In this document: piece after piece, positions 18,224 to 28,266 of the stretch
Numbering within the stretch: the first letter of the stretch is position 1
Layout: each line of letters starts with the position of its first letter
DNA from: Candidatus Acidiferrales bacterium
GTDB taxonomy: Bacteria; Acidobacteriota; Terriglobia; Acidiferrales; UBA7541
DNA: 64,000 bases
Direction of reading: 5' to 3'
Assembly (NCBI GenBank): GCA_963790355.1
Contig: CAWBOF010000003.1
Coordinates: forward strand, 137,909 to 201,908
Made by a program: the position numbers and the translations under genes
The notes under the pieces: generated by a model
The model's database searches: none
What the model was told of the DNA's origin: nothing
What the model saw: only the letters and a program-made list of their open reading frames with translations

Positions 18224-18260
18224 GGGATTCCTCGCTCCGCGGACTTAGCTCGGAATGACA
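18224..18260 (-). repeat. REP-like short palindromic element (TGTCATTCCGAGC...GCGAGGAATCCC type)
   Basis: Minus strand reads TGTCATTCCGAGCTAAGTCCGCGGAGCGAGGAATCCC, resembling the GTCATTCC-type extragenic palindromes; only one copy seen in this window. Confidence 0.5.
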
Positions 18261-18313
18261 GGTGTGCTGGTGGTCCGAATATCAGAAATGGCCACCTCGG
18301 GAGGCGGTCCGGA

Positions 18314-19696
18314 TCAGCTGTGGCCGCCCGTGAGTTCGCGGACGATGGAGCCGACAAAATTTCTGGCGTCGCCGAATAGCATCAGGGTCTTGTCCAAATA
18401 ATAGAGAGGGTTGTCGATTCCCGCGAAACCAGCAGCCATGCTGCGCTTGATGACCATGACCGTGTGAGCCTTGTCGACGTCGAGAATCGGCATGCCATAG
18501 ATGGGGCTGCTTTTGTCCTCACGGGCCGCGGGATTGGTTACGTCATTTGCTCCGATGATGAGGGCAACGTCGGTCTGGGGGAAATCTCCGTTGATGTCGT
18601 CCATCTCCAAGAGTTTGTCGTAGGGAATATCGGCTTCGGCCAACAGCACGTTCATGTGACCGGGCATGCGACCGGCGACGGGGTGAATGCCGAACTTCAC
18701 ATCGATTCCTTTTTTGGTGAGGGCATCGTAAAGTTCGCGCACCTTGTGCTGCGCTTGAGCGACGGCCATACCGTATCCCGGGACGATCACCACTTTGCTG
18801 GCTGCGGCCAAAATTCCGGCGGCTTCTTCCGGCGAAGCGCTGCGCACGGGCCGGGCTTCGGTTTTTCCGGCGGCCGTTGGTTGCTCCTGGCCGAACGCGC
18901 CGAACAAAACGTTGGTGAACGAACGATTCATCGCTTTGGACATGTTGACGGACAGGATGAAGCCCGATGCGCCGTCGAGGGCACCAGCGATGATGAGCAG
19001 TTTGCTGCCGAGCACAAATCCCATCGCGGCGGCTGATAGCCCGGCGTAGGAGTTCAAGAGCGAGATCACCGTTGGCATATCCGCACCACCGATGGGAATG
19101 ATCATCATTACGCCGAATATCAGTGGAATGAAGATCATCAAGGGGAACAAAAACATTTTGGTAGGATCGCGGACAAGCATGACGGCGATCACGATCGCTA
19201 CCGCCAGCATTCCCAGGTTGACGATGTTCTGGCCTTTGTACGTAATGGGCCGCTGCGGCAGAACTTCCTGGAGCTTTCCGGCTGCCATCAAGCTGCCGGT
19301 GAAGGTGAGTGCCCCGAGAATGACTTCGAGAGACAGCACGCTCATCATAAACTTCGACACATCGGGGGCGCGCAGATAAAACTCGGCGGTACCGACAAGG
19401 GTTACGCAAAGCGCGCCGAAAGCGTGGCTCAGGGCAGTCCGCTGCGGCACCGCAGTCATGGCGACTTTGCCTAATGGCACGCCGATGATGGTGCCCAATA
19501 CGAGGCCGATGGCGACCCAGCGGTAGGTTAGGCCGTGATGAAGCAACGTGCCCACGATTGCGAGGAACATGCCGATCTCGCCGGCCCAGACGCCGCGACG
19601 AGCGGTCGCCGGGGAACTCAGCCACTTGAGAGAAAGAATGAAGAGAGCCGTTGCGATGAGGTAAGTGACTTCGATGAGGGTGTCTTGTGGAATCAT
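18314..19696 (-). CDS. pntB: NAD(P) transhydrogenase subunit beta
   Basis: PIGGADMPTVISLLNSY, VPGYGMAVAQAQH, IHPVAGRMPGHMNVLLAEA, GANDVTNPAA. Confidence 0.97.
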   Translation of the reverse strand: MIPQDTLIEVTYLIATALFILSLKWLSSPATARRGVWAGEIGMFLAIVGTLLHHGLTYRWVAIGLVLGTIIGVPLGKVAMTAVPQRTALSHAFGALCVTLVGTAEFYLRAPDVSKFMMSVLSLEVILGALTFTGSLMAAGKLQEVLPQRPITYKGQNIVNLGMLAVAIVIAVMLVRDPTKMFLFPLMIFIPLIFGVMMIIPIGGADMPTVISLLNSYAGLSAAAMGFVLGSKLLIIAGALDGASGFILSVNMSKAMNRSFTNVLFGAFGQEQPTAAGKTEARPVRSASPEEAAGILAAASKVVIVPGYGMAVAQAQHKVRELYDALTKKGIDVKFGIHPVAGRMPGHMNVLLAEADIPYDKLLEMDDINGDFPQTDVALIIGANDVTNPAAREDKSSPIYGMPILDVDKAHTVMVIKRSMAAGFAGIDNPLYYLDKTLMLFGDARNFVGSIVRELTGGHS

Positions 19697-19700
19697 GAGG

Positions 19701-19997
19701 TCATGGCTTCCTGGGGCCGCTGGCTTTGAACATTTTGAGCATGCGGTCGGTAATGATGAAGCCGCCGACGATGTTGCTGGTGGCCGCGACGATGGCGATG
19801 GTCCCCAGAACTGTGGCGAGCCTCGTTTTTCCTTCGCCCGCGAGGATGATGGCCCCGACCACGGCGATGGCGTCCAACGCGTTGGTCAGAGACATGAGCG
19901 GCGTGTGCAAAAGCGGCGAAACCCGGCGGATCACTTCGAATCCGATGAATGCCGCCAGCATGAAAACGTACAATCCCGTCAGAAGATCCAGCTTCAT
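19701..19997 (-). CDS. pntAB: NAD(P) transhydrogenase subunit alpha part 2 (membrane)
   Basis: LHTPLMSLTNA, NIVGGF.ITDRMLKMF. Confidence 0.95.
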   Translation of the reverse strand: MKLDLLTGLYVFMLAAFIGFEVIRRVSPLLHTPLMSLTNALDAIAVVGAIILAGEGKTRLATVLGTIAIVAATSNIVGGFIITDRMLKMFKASGPRKP

Positions 19998-21184
19998 CAG
20001 GCGCCCCCTCCGGCCGGTGCGGATTGCAGCGCCGGCAAGCCGAAAAATTCACGCACACGCGCGTTTACGACTCCGCCGTCTTGCGTGACCAGCGTTTCGC
20101 GGATGATTTCGTCGTTGACATCCAATTGCAATTTACCTTCCTTGACCAGGTGCTGCAGGAAGGCGCTTAGATTTCGCGCGTAGAGGGCGCTGGCGTGATA
20201 GGGGACGGTGGCCGCGAGGTTGAACTCGCCGATGATGGTGACGTTGTGCTCGACGATGACTTGGTCGGGCTTTGTGAGTTCGCAATTGCCGCCACGCTCT
20301 GCCGCAAGATCGACAATCACGGAGCCAGGCGCCATTTTCTCGACCATGTCCTTGGTGACAAGCACGGGGGACTTTTTGCCTGGAATTACCGCGGCGGTGA
20401 TGACGACATCGCTTTCGGCAATCGTTTTGGCGAGGAGTTCGCGCTGTTTCTGATAAAAAGTTTCGTCCTGTGCTTTACCGTAGCCGCGCGCGTCTTGCGC
20501 ATCCTTGGCCTCGATGGGCAATTCCACAAACCGGCCGCCCAAGCTCTGCACCTGTTCTTTTGCGGCTGGGCGCATGTCGTACGCGGAAGCTACGGCGCCG
20601 AGCCGGCGGGCAGTAGCAATGGCTTGTAAGCCAGCGACGCCTGCTCCGATGATCAGCACTCGTGCAGGCGCGATTGTTCCCGCAGCGGTCGTGAGCATCG
20701 GAAACATGCGCGGCAGGGTGTTGGCGGCCAGGACAACGGCTTTGTAGCCGCAGATTGTAGCCATTGAGGACAATGCGTCCATGCTCTGAGCGCGTGTGGT
20801 GCGAGGCATGAGTTCGACGGAAAAGGAGGTGACGCCGCGGTCAGCAAGTTCCTGCAGGGTCTTTATGGTTCCCAGCGGGCGGACGAAACCCAGAATTACC
20901 TGGCCCTTCCTCATCAACGGAAGGTCCGCGCTGCCGGTTTGGTCGTTTGCGCCGTGGACCAGGAACTGAACGATGATGTCGGCGCTCTTGAAGATTTCCT
21001 CGCGATTGGCGATCAGGCGCGCACCTTTCGCCTCGTAGTCAGCGTCCGGATAGCCAGCGGCGATTCCCGCACCGGCTTCCACGACGATTTCCAGGCCGGA
21101 TTTTTTCAGGTTGGGAATCACAGCGGGCACCAGGGCCACGCGGCATTCCTTTGGATAAATTTCTTTGGGCACACCGACGATCAT
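19997..21184 (-). CDS. pntAA: NAD(P) transhydrogenase subunit alpha part 1 (NAD-binding)
   Basis: VGVPKE...E.RVALVP, RAQSMDALSS, GAGVAGLQAIATARRLGA, DLAAERGGNC. Confidence 0.96.
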   Translation of the reverse strand: MIVGVPKEIYPKECRVALVPAVIPNLKKSGLEIVVEAGAGIAAGYPDADYEAKGARLIANREEIFKSADIIVQFLVHGANDQTGSADLPLMRKGQVILGFVRPLGTIKTLQELADRGVTSFSVELMPRTTRAQSMDALSSMATICGYKAVVLAANTLPRMFPMLTTAAGTIAPARVLIIGAGVAGLQAIATARRLGAVASAYDMRPAAKEQVQSLGGRFVELPIEAKDAQDARGYGKAQDETFYQKQRELLAKTIAESDVVITAAVIPGKKSPVLVTKDMVEKMAPGSVIVDLAAERGGNCELTKPDQVIVEHNVTIIGEFNLAATVPYHASALYARNLSAFLQHLVKEGKLQLDVNDEIIRETLVTQDGGVVNARVREFFGLPALQSAPAGGGA

Positions 21185-21482
21185 GTACCCTCCTTCCTCA
21201 ATTGTGGCGGGTTCAGTTGTATGGTTGCTTCATGACTTACGACGAATTCTTCGAGACGGCTCGGGACGGTCCTGTTGGCGTGCGCTTGCCGTAGTGTACG
21301 GTGGTTCATTCTTTATGCGCTTTCGGAATCGAGGGAGGAGCGATGGACCCTCTTGGAGCAAAGGCAGTCATGCATTCCACGAGCTTCGCATGAACAGCGA
21401 CATCTTGAAGTGACAAATGAATTTTAGCCCCAATATCCCGTTGGCCACAAGGAGGAGCTTGCAGAAAGGGGTTTCAGCTGCT

Positions 21483-24020
21483 TTATTTCATTTGTTCGTA
21501 GACTGCTCGCGCATCGCGCAGCTTCTTCAGTACACCTTGCTTGTCGCTTGGGGAGTTCCAGTCGGGATATTGGTCCGTGATTTCGCTGGTGCGGTCGATC
21601 CAGGCTTTGAAATAGTCCGCGTCTTCCTTGGAAAAGGCACGCTTGCCCGCGATGGTGACGTAGACGGGACTGGTTGTTGCATATGCATACTTGTCCATCA
21701 CCGGAGCCTCGGCGCTATCGCTCCAAGTGCGCAAGACACACCAGCCACTTTCGCTGAGCGGAATCGATCCGGAGGAGTCTGCGGCATCGCGCGCGCCCGG
21801 GAGCGCCAGAGTCCGAACTACTTTGCCGTTGCACACGAGTTCGAGATGATCGACGGGCACGATGGAGCGCAACTTGGCTGTGAAGGGAATTGCGGATTGC
21901 GCAGCATCGAATTTTAGTTCGGCACCCACCATTTCTCCGCCGAGGTGGAATTCGAGCAAGGGGCCGTTCGTCGCGAAGGTTCTACCATTTTTCAGTGCGG
22001 CCAGCCAAGCGTCGATGTTCATAGGCCAACCGGGCATCCACACGTAAACGCGATCGAAACCGACCTGGCCGCGAATGGGAGCGGCATAGTTTGTGGTCGC
22101 ATCGGTGCCACCGCCGGCTGGGAGTTTGAAACCGAGGTCGAGAAGCTTGTACCAGACCGCCGCGGTGGATTTGTGATCGCTGAAACCAACGATTTCCATG
22201 TAGTCCAGTTTCCCGAGAGCGACATCTACGGGCAATTCATCGGTGATTTGTTGCGCAGGTTTGGCAAATGGATCTGGCGTTTCATCAAATGGATGGACGG
22301 CTCCTACAAGGGCGCCCTGAGCGTGGGCCATGTCGTAGACATCCGCATTCATTGGATACAAACTTGCCGCGGCGGTGTTCGGATAACCTGCATAGCCGGG
22401 CAGGAGGAGATGGTCCTTCAAATGTAGAATGCCGCGATGACCCCAATAGCTGGTGTGGAATTCCTGGCCTTGCACGATCAAGACGTCAGGATCGCCATTC
22501 TGATAATTGTTAAAATTCACAAAGGGCATATCTGGAAAGCGCTGCTCTTTATTTACCGTGAGTTCATGAATGATCTGCAGGCCTTCGGCTTCGCCTTGCT
22601 CCACGAGATGTGTTGGATCGTTGCGGTAGGTTCCGCCGTAATTCATGTGGACGTGAAGGTCGGAAGCTACCCAGGTTCCATGCTCGGGGGTAAAGCCGAG
22701 CGGTTCTAATGTGGCTTCAACTTCGTTGATCTTGCCGGCGATTACTTCGACCTGCTTTCGAAACGGTTTCATTTCGAATCCACCCACAACCTGGACGGTG
22801 TAAGCCCCCGCGGGGAGATCGAGATGGGCCGTACCTTGTTCGTCGGTGTAGAAATAATGATTTTCGAATGGCTGTTGTTTTGGATCAAAACCGTCATCGG
22901 CATGGATCCATGCACCGTCTGGAGCGTAAAAGTGTCCGGAGGCATCGCTGACGGAAACGCGCGCGTGTGGAGTGGAATTATTGCCGACACCGACCAGCAG
23001 GCGATATCGAGGACGCAGGTAAGTGCGGGTCTCGATTTTCAGGAGGCGTTCCTTTTCTCCGCCGAGGTTCTGCCACTGGATTGTTGTCGAGCCGCCTTTG
23101 TTTGAGATGAAAGCGATGGCGTTGCCGTCGGGCGACCAGCGGACATTGGTTTCGTCCCACTCCGCATAGGTGAGAGGAAGAGCATCGCCACCCTGCGACG
23201 GCATGAGCCAGAGGTTATGCCACTGCCTGCCGAGATACGAGCTGTAAATCATGCGCGAGCCATCGGGCGAAAAATCCGGGCGCGCTTTCCAGCTGGTCTC
23301 TTCGTAATGAACCTCCCGGGCTTCCGCTCGAGGTTCGGCTTTCATCCGCCAAAAACCGCCGGTGCCATAGATGTGGCCCTTGTTGGAGACAAACAAAATT
23401 TCTTTTCCATCGCGGGTCCAGACGGGATTGATCTCCATGTCGTAGGCGTTGTAGTAGTAGCGAGGAAGGGGACTTTTCGTTTCACCCGTAAGCCGCACGA
23501 TATTTTTCAGCTCGCCATTGGCAAAATCAGCGACGAATATGTGGAAGCGACGGTTGTACTGTGTTGAAACCCAGGCGATCTTTTTTCCATCGGGAGACCA
23601 GCGAGGTTCCACGTTAACTGCACCGCCCGCTGTCAATTGTCTGGTCTTGCCGCTCGGCAAATCGAGGAGCCACAATTCCAAGGCGTCTTTCTGGTATGAG
23701 ACATACAAGATGCTTTTTCCATCGGGCGACCAATCCGGTTGGTAGTCGTATCCCGGACCGTCGGTGAGCTGCTGTGCTTCTTCGGAATCCAGTTTTTGTC
23801 GCCACAGGGAGCCCGCCATCGAATAGATCAACTCGCGTGAGTTTGCTCCCCAGCTCAAACTGCTTGGGCCGTTGGTCAGTTGCGGCAGATACAATTCGCG
23901 GTAGTAGTAAGGATGAGGCTCATCGATTTGGGAGAGGATGGGGCTGCGCTGTGCGGCTGCGGGAGTTGCCGTGATTGCAAGAGTGATGCAAGCGAACGCC
24001 ATCCGTGGTTTCTTTTGCAT
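21483..24020 (-). CDS. Exported TolB-like (PD40) beta-propeller fused to CehA/McbA-family PHP-like metallohydrolase
   Basis: Signal peptide; repeated P.WSPDG motifs; DLHVHMNY, GQEFHT..WGH, AVHP, GTDA, GRTFATNGP. Confidence 0.8.
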   Translation of the reverse strand: MQKKPRMAFACITLAITATPAAAQRSPILSQIDEPHPYYYRELYLPQLTNGPSSLSWGANSRELIYSMAGSLWRQKLDSEEAQQLTDGPGYDYQPDWSPDGKSILYVSYQKDALELWLLDLPSGKTRQLTAGGAVNVEPRWSPDGKKIAWVSTQYNRRFHIFVADFANGELKNIVRLTGETKSPLPRYYYNAYDMEINPVWTRDGKEILFVSNKGHIYGTGGFWRMKAEPRAEAREVHYEETSWKARPDFSPDGSRMIYSSYLGRQWHNLWLMPSQGGDALPLTYAEWDETNVRWSPDGNAIAFISNKGGSTTIQWQNLGGEKERLLKIETRTYLRPRYRLLVGVGNNSTPHARVSVSDASGHFYAPDGAWIHADDGFDPKQQPFENHYFYTDEQGTAHLDLPAGAYTVQVVGGFEMKPFRKQVEVIAGKINEVEATLEPLGFTPEHGTWVASDLHVHMNYGGTYRNDPTHLVEQGEAEGLQIIHELTVNKEQRFPDMPFVNFNNYQNGDPDVLIVQGQEFHTSYWGHRGILHLKDHLLLPGYAGYPNTAAASLYPMNADVYDMAHAQGALVGAVHPFDETPDPFAKPAQQITDELPVDVALGKLDYMEIVGFSDHKSTAAVWYKLLDLGFKLPAGGGTDATTNYAAPIRGQVGFDRVYVWMPGWPMNIDAWLAALKNGRTFATNGPLLEFHLGGEMVGAELKFDAAQSAIPFTAKLRSIVPVDHLELVCNGKVVRTLALPGARDAADSSGSIPLSESGWCVLRTWSDSAEAPVMDKYAYATTSPVYVTIAGKRAFSKEDADYFKAWIDRTSEITDQYPDWNSPSDKQGVLKKLRDARAVYEQMK

Positions 24021-24041
24021 GGTTGCGAAGGGCGGCTAACT

Positions 24042-26306
24042 CTAGGCTAGTCCCGCCTTTGTCAGCGGCATCTCTCGCACGCGTTTACCGGTGGCGGCAA
24101 AAATGGCGTTGTAAATGGCGGGCGCGATCGGTGGCAAACCGGGCTCGCCAACGCCGGCAGGGGGCGCTTCGCTGTCGACAATATGGATATTGGTTTCGCG
24201 GGGAGAGACGTTCATGCGCGCGACCTGGAAGGTGTCAAAGTTGGACTGGTCGATCACGCCATTGGTGGCGGAAATCTCGCCGTAGAAGGCGATGCTTGTG
24301 CCCATGACCGCGGCGCCTTCAAACTGTTGCCTTACGATTGTCGGATTCACGATGGTGCCGGCGTCGAGAGCGGTATCGACGCGGCGAATGTGTACTTGCG
24401 AGTCTTTTACTTCGACTTGTACGACGCTGGCGACATAGGTCAGGAAGCTGCGGTGCGTAGCGATTCCCATTCCAAACCCGTTGCCGAATTTTTGTTTGCC
24501 CCAGCCGGATTTTTCCGCGGCAATCTGGACTACCCTGCGGAATCGCGCGATGTCGATGGGATATTTTTCGTAGTCGCCATCGTAATTGGTGTAATCCTTC
24601 GGAAGCTCGGATTTGGGCATGATGCGGTCCGGACCCAAGAGCGCCAATACATATTCCACGGGATCTTTTCCTGCCGCGTTGGCCAATTCACCGACGAAGG
24701 AGTGAACTCCGTAGGCGTGATAAATATTGGCGACGGAGCGGAGCCAGCCGATGCGCGTGTGCGCGGGCGCCGGACCGTTTTCCGCGCGTTGGTTCGGCAA
24801 CGCGAAGGGAATATCGCTGAAGCCGAGGCCAATTTCCCCAGCGTCGGCATACTGTGCCGATGCGTCGAAGGTGGAAGCGATGGGAGGAAAGACGCTGCGT
24901 TGCAGCCATGCTTGCGGTTTGCCATCGGTTCCGAGAGAAGCCTTGAAATACATGGCGGCGACGGAATGGAACGAATCAAATTTAATGTCGTCCTCGCGGC
25001 TCCAGACGACTTTCACGGGCTTGCCGGTTTTCTTGGAGAGCACCGCTGCTTCCACGGCGAAATCCGGAAACGATTTACGCCCGAAGCCGCCGCCGAGCAG
25101 GGTAACGTGCACGGTGACCTCTTCCTTCTTGGCGCCGACCGCAGCGGCAATCGCATCTTGTGCGCCCTGGGGATTCTGCGTGGGAGCCCATGCTTCGATT
25201 TTTCCATCGCGATAGATGGCCAGGGCCGCAGGTGGTTCCATCGCGGCGTGAGCCAACATGGGAGCGAAATACTCCGCTTCAACAATTTGTCCATCGTTGG
25301 CAAACGCCTGGTCGACGTTGCCGTTTTCGCGCACGACTTTGCAGGGCTTGCGCGCGGTCGCTTCCAGATCTTTGCGGAAGGGGCCGGAGTTCCAGACGCC
25401 GTGTTCGCTCTTCGTCCATTCGATTTTTAGTTTCTTTTTGCCCTGAAATGCCGCATAGGTGTTGTCTGCCAGCACGGCCACGCCGCCCAGGGGTTGCATG
25501 GTGACCGGCGGCTTGAACGGCTCGAGAGTTGCGGTTTGCTTTACGCCCGCCACTTTCAGGGTGGCCGAATCGTCAACGCTCTGCACGGCGCTACCGTAGA
25601 CCGGCGGGTGCGCAACGGACGCGTAAAGCATGCCTTCGACGTGCACGTCCTGACCGTAGGCGGCTTTGCCGCTCACCATGTCTCTCAGATCGTAAGTGGG
25701 CGCGGGCTTTCCGATGTAGCACCATTCGCTGCGCGTCTTTAGTTTCACTTCTTCTTTTTTGGGCACCGGCAGTTTGCCCGCTGTGGCTGCCAGTTCGCCG
25801 TAGCCGAGTTTCTTTCCACTGGCTTTGTGTATTACGGTGCTGGCTTCTGTTGTGCATTCTGTCTCGGGAACGCCCCAGGTTTGTGCCGCGGCGCGCACAA
25901 GCATCAGCCGCGCGCTTCCGCCAGCCTCGCGCAGTGGTTCGAAGAAGCTCACTACGGAGTGAGAGCCGTCCGTGTCCTGATCGCCGTATTTCGCGTCTCC
26001 CGTTGCTTGTACGACTTTCACGCGATTCCAGTCCGCATCCAATTCATCGGCGACGATGCGCGGCAAGCCGGTGCGATTTCCGCTGCCCATTTCCGAGCGA
26101 TGGCAGACGATGTACACGGTGCCATCGGTGTCAATGGCGACGTAGACGTTGGGCTGCAACGGGGCCTTGGACATGGGATTATTGGCGGCGCCCACGGTGG
26201 TGGCCGAGAGGAGTTTCGGCAGGATTTGCGCGCCCAACACCAAAGCGCCCGCTCCGACCATGCCCTTAAGAAAACCACGACGGCTTACGTTTTCAATCTG
26301 GATCAT
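24042..26306 (-). CDS. Molybdopterin-binding oxidoreductase large subunit (isoquinoline 1-oxidoreductase beta / xanthine dehydrogenase family), Tat-exported
   Basis: SRRGFLK Tat motif after M at 26306; RSEMG.G, IVADELD, AHAAMEP, LLGGGFGRK, WSREDD, WLRSV, GVGEPG.PP.APA..NAIFAATGKR.R. Confidence 0.9.
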   Translation of the reverse strand: MIQIENVSRRGFLKGMVGAGALVLGAQILPKLLSATTVGAANNPMSKAPLQPNVYVAIDTDGTVYIVCHRSEMGSGNRTGLPRIVADELDADWNRVKVVQATGDAKYGDQDTDGSHSVVSFFEPLREAGGSARLMLVRAAAQTWGVPETECTTEASTVIHKASGKKLGYGELAATAGKLPVPKKEEVKLKTRSEWCYIGKPAPTYDLRDMVSGKAAYGQDVHVEGMLYASVAHPPVYGSAVQSVDDSATLKVAGVKQTATLEPFKPPVTMQPLGGVAVLADNTYAAFQGKKKLKIEWTKSEHGVWNSGPFRKDLEATARKPCKVVRENGNVDQAFANDGQIVEAEYFAPMLAHAAMEPPAALAIYRDGKIEAWAPTQNPQGAQDAIAAAVGAKKEEVTVHVTLLGGGFGRKSFPDFAVEAAVLSKKTGKPVKVVWSREDDIKFDSFHSVAAMYFKASLGTDGKPQAWLQRSVFPPIASTFDASAQYADAGEIGLGFSDIPFALPNQRAENGPAPAHTRIGWLRSVANIYHAYGVHSFVGELANAAGKDPVEYVLALLGPDRIMPKSELPKDYTNYDGDYEKYPIDIARFRRVVQIAAEKSGWGKQKFGNGFGMGIATHRSFLTYVASVVQVEVKDSQVHIRRVDTALDAGTIVNPTIVRQQFEGAAVMGTSIAFYGEISATNGVIDQSNFDTFQVARMNVSPRETNIHIVDSEAPPAGVGEPGLPPIAPAIYNAIFAATGKRVREMPLTKAGLA

Positions 26307-26447
26307 GAGCTCACCTAGAACGGCAATCGACGAAAATACGCTTAATTCCGTCCATAGCTGCACTCTATCCTACCCAATTTCCGATTCCTTGCAACCTTGT
26401 GCGCTCCGCTGCATACTGCTTTCCCGCAGTCTGGAAGGAATCCATTC

Positions 26448-27176
26448 ATGAAGCGCGAACATCATCGCTGGTACTCTCCGCGTCTGGGCATCGAACTTGG
26501 GGTTGTGGTCTACGGGCACTGGGGTCCGCCACTGCTCGGATTTCCAACCAGCGCGGGGGATGAATGGGAACTGGAAGGGCAGGGCATGATCGGGGCGCTG
26601 GCGGATTTCATCGATGCGGGCCGCGTGAAAGTGTATAGCGTGAATTCGATCAACGGTCTCAGCTTTTATAACAAAGGGGCGCACCCGTTTCATCGCAGTT
26701 ACGTGCAGTCCGTGTTCGACGGTTATCTGCGCGAAGAAGTGGTGCCGTTTGTCTGGAGTAATTGCCAATCGCAAGTGGCTATAGCGACGATGGGCTCCTC
26801 GTTTGGGGCATACCACGCCGCGAATTCGCTGTTCAAACACCCGGATGTTTTCAAACGCTGCTTTGCGATGTCGGGCGTTTATGACTTAAGAAATTTCATG
26901 GATGGAATGTACGACAATAATTTTTATTTCAATAATCCGCTGGACTATCTGGCCAATCTTTCCGATCCCTGGTATTACGAGCAACTGGCTTCCTGTGATA
27001 TTCACCTGATTACGGGAACGGGACCATGGGAGCACAGTGGGCCGACGTACAGGCTGTCTGAAGTTCTTTCGAGCAAAGGAATCCGGCATACGGTTGATAA
27101 TTGGGGTCCGCAAGGCGGGCACGATTGGCCGTTCTGGAAGAATGAGATGCGGGAATATCTGTCAAAGTTGTTTTGA
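26448..27176 (+). CDS. Alpha/beta hydrolase-fold esterase family protein
   Basis: YGHWG.P...FPTS.G, GSSFGAYHA nucleophile elbow, SGVYD, HDWPFW; start moved to ATG 26448 after AAGGA. Confidence 0.85.
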   Translation: MKREHHRWYSPRLGIELGVVVYGHWGPPLLGFPTSAGDEWELEGQGMIGALADFIDAGRVKVYSVNSINGLSFYNKGAHPFHRSYVQSVFDGYLREEVVPFVWSNCQSQVAIATMGSSFGAYHAANSLFKHPDVFKRCFAMSGVYDLRNFMDGMYDNNFYFNNPLDYLANLSDPWYYEQLASCDIHLITGTGPWEHSGPTYRLSEVLSSKGIRHTVDNWGPQGGHDWPFWKNEMREYLSKLF

Positions 27177-27195
27177 GGATTAGGAAGCGAAGTTA

Positions 27196-28221
27196 TTAGG
27201 CAAGGCCAAGATGGTCGAGTTGATAGCGACCTTTTTCGATCACCTGATCTTCATCGATCCAGACATCGCAGTTGCGGGTGAGCACGTCGACATGCGTGCG
27301 GGATTTCCAGTCGGCGTGGGTCTGGCTGCCGTAGGGGTCGCCGAAGGCGATGTGCACGCCGGGAAATTTTTCGTCTTGCAATAAAATCCCGATCATGTGA
27401 GACAGGCCGAGGTTGGTGCCGAAGGCTAATTCGCCGACACGGTCGCTATTCTCGTCGGTGTGGCAATAATTCCAGAATTCCTGCTCCAGATCCTTGCGGG
27501 GGCATTCCACGCGCTGAAGGCGGCCACCGACGATTTCCATGAGGAGCGGCGTTGCCTGCAAATCGCCATACTTTCCGTTGAAATAGTCACCTGCCGTGGC
27601 ATCGCAAACAAATGTTCCATCGACGGTGGCCGGGGTGGTGAAAACTTCGCCTGCGGGCAAATTGGACCAATATCGCGGGCTGATCAAGCCGCTGGTCTTG
27701 ACCCAATCCAATTTTGGGTTGAAGTGCGCCTGGAACGCCGTGCCGGCTTCGGATTTTACGGTGAGAGTTTTTGCGTGGACCATGCGCTCGCGCAGGCGGT
27801 CGCTCAGTTCATCGACCTTGCGATAATCCGCGCGCATACCCTGCTGCATGATTTCCGGAGTGACGCCGATCATGTGCGCGTAACGAATCTGGCGGCGCTC
27901 TACCACTCGAACGATGGCCATACGCGCGGGTAGTTCTCCGGGCCGCGGGGTCATGCAGAGCACGCCCACGTCGGTTTTCTCCAGAGCTTCCAGGACAGGT
28001 TTTGCAGCGCTGGTCATCGGACGAGGGCCAAAATCTTCCAGCAGCAGACCGGTGAATTTTGCGTGACGTTCCTTGAGGGCTTGCTCGAGGCTTGCGGCGA
28101 CACTGCGGCTGATCTCGTCCGCGATGACTAATACTTGTTCGTTCGGGCGCACACCGAGGCATACTTCCACGGCGTTCCGCGCGCCGGCCATGAGCTCACT
28201 GGGAGCGATTCCAAAGCACAT
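27196..28221 (-). CDS. Aminopeptidase (thermophilic metalloprotease M29 / leucyl aminopeptidase-like)
   Basis: NLPAGEVFT.P, GELAFGTN, LQDEKFPGVHIAFG, THVD. Confidence 0.85.
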   Translation of the reverse strand: MCFGIAPSELMAGARNAVEVCLGVRPNEQVLVIADEISRSVAASLEQALKERHAKFTGLLLEDFGPRPMTSAAKPVLEALEKTDVGVLCMTPRPGELPARMAIVRVVERRQIRYAHMIGVTPEIMQQGMRADYRKVDELSDRLRERMVHAKTLTVKSEAGTAFQAHFNPKLDWVKTSGLISPRYWSNLPAGEVFTTPATVDGTFVCDATAGDYFNGKYGDLQATPLLMEIVGGRLQRVECPRKDLEQEFWNYCHTDENSDRVGELAFGTNLGLSHMIGILLQDEKFPGVHIAFGDPYGSQTHADWKSRTHVDVLTRNCDVWIDEDQVIEKGRYQLDHLGLA

Positions 28222-28266
28222 CCCTTTATTTTACCGGATTTTTACGTTCTGCCAATTCCCAGGCAA

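Noticed and set aside
19701-21184. Split pntA as a frameshifted pseudogene
   Set aside because: The two-gene PntAA/PntAB arrangement is a known natural architecture; both parts are intact and coupled.
21276-21289. Sigma-54 promoter-like TGGCGTGCGCTTGC upstream of pnt
   Set aside because: GG-to-GC spacing is 9 rather than 10 nt, and it is on the opposite strand to the pnt genes.
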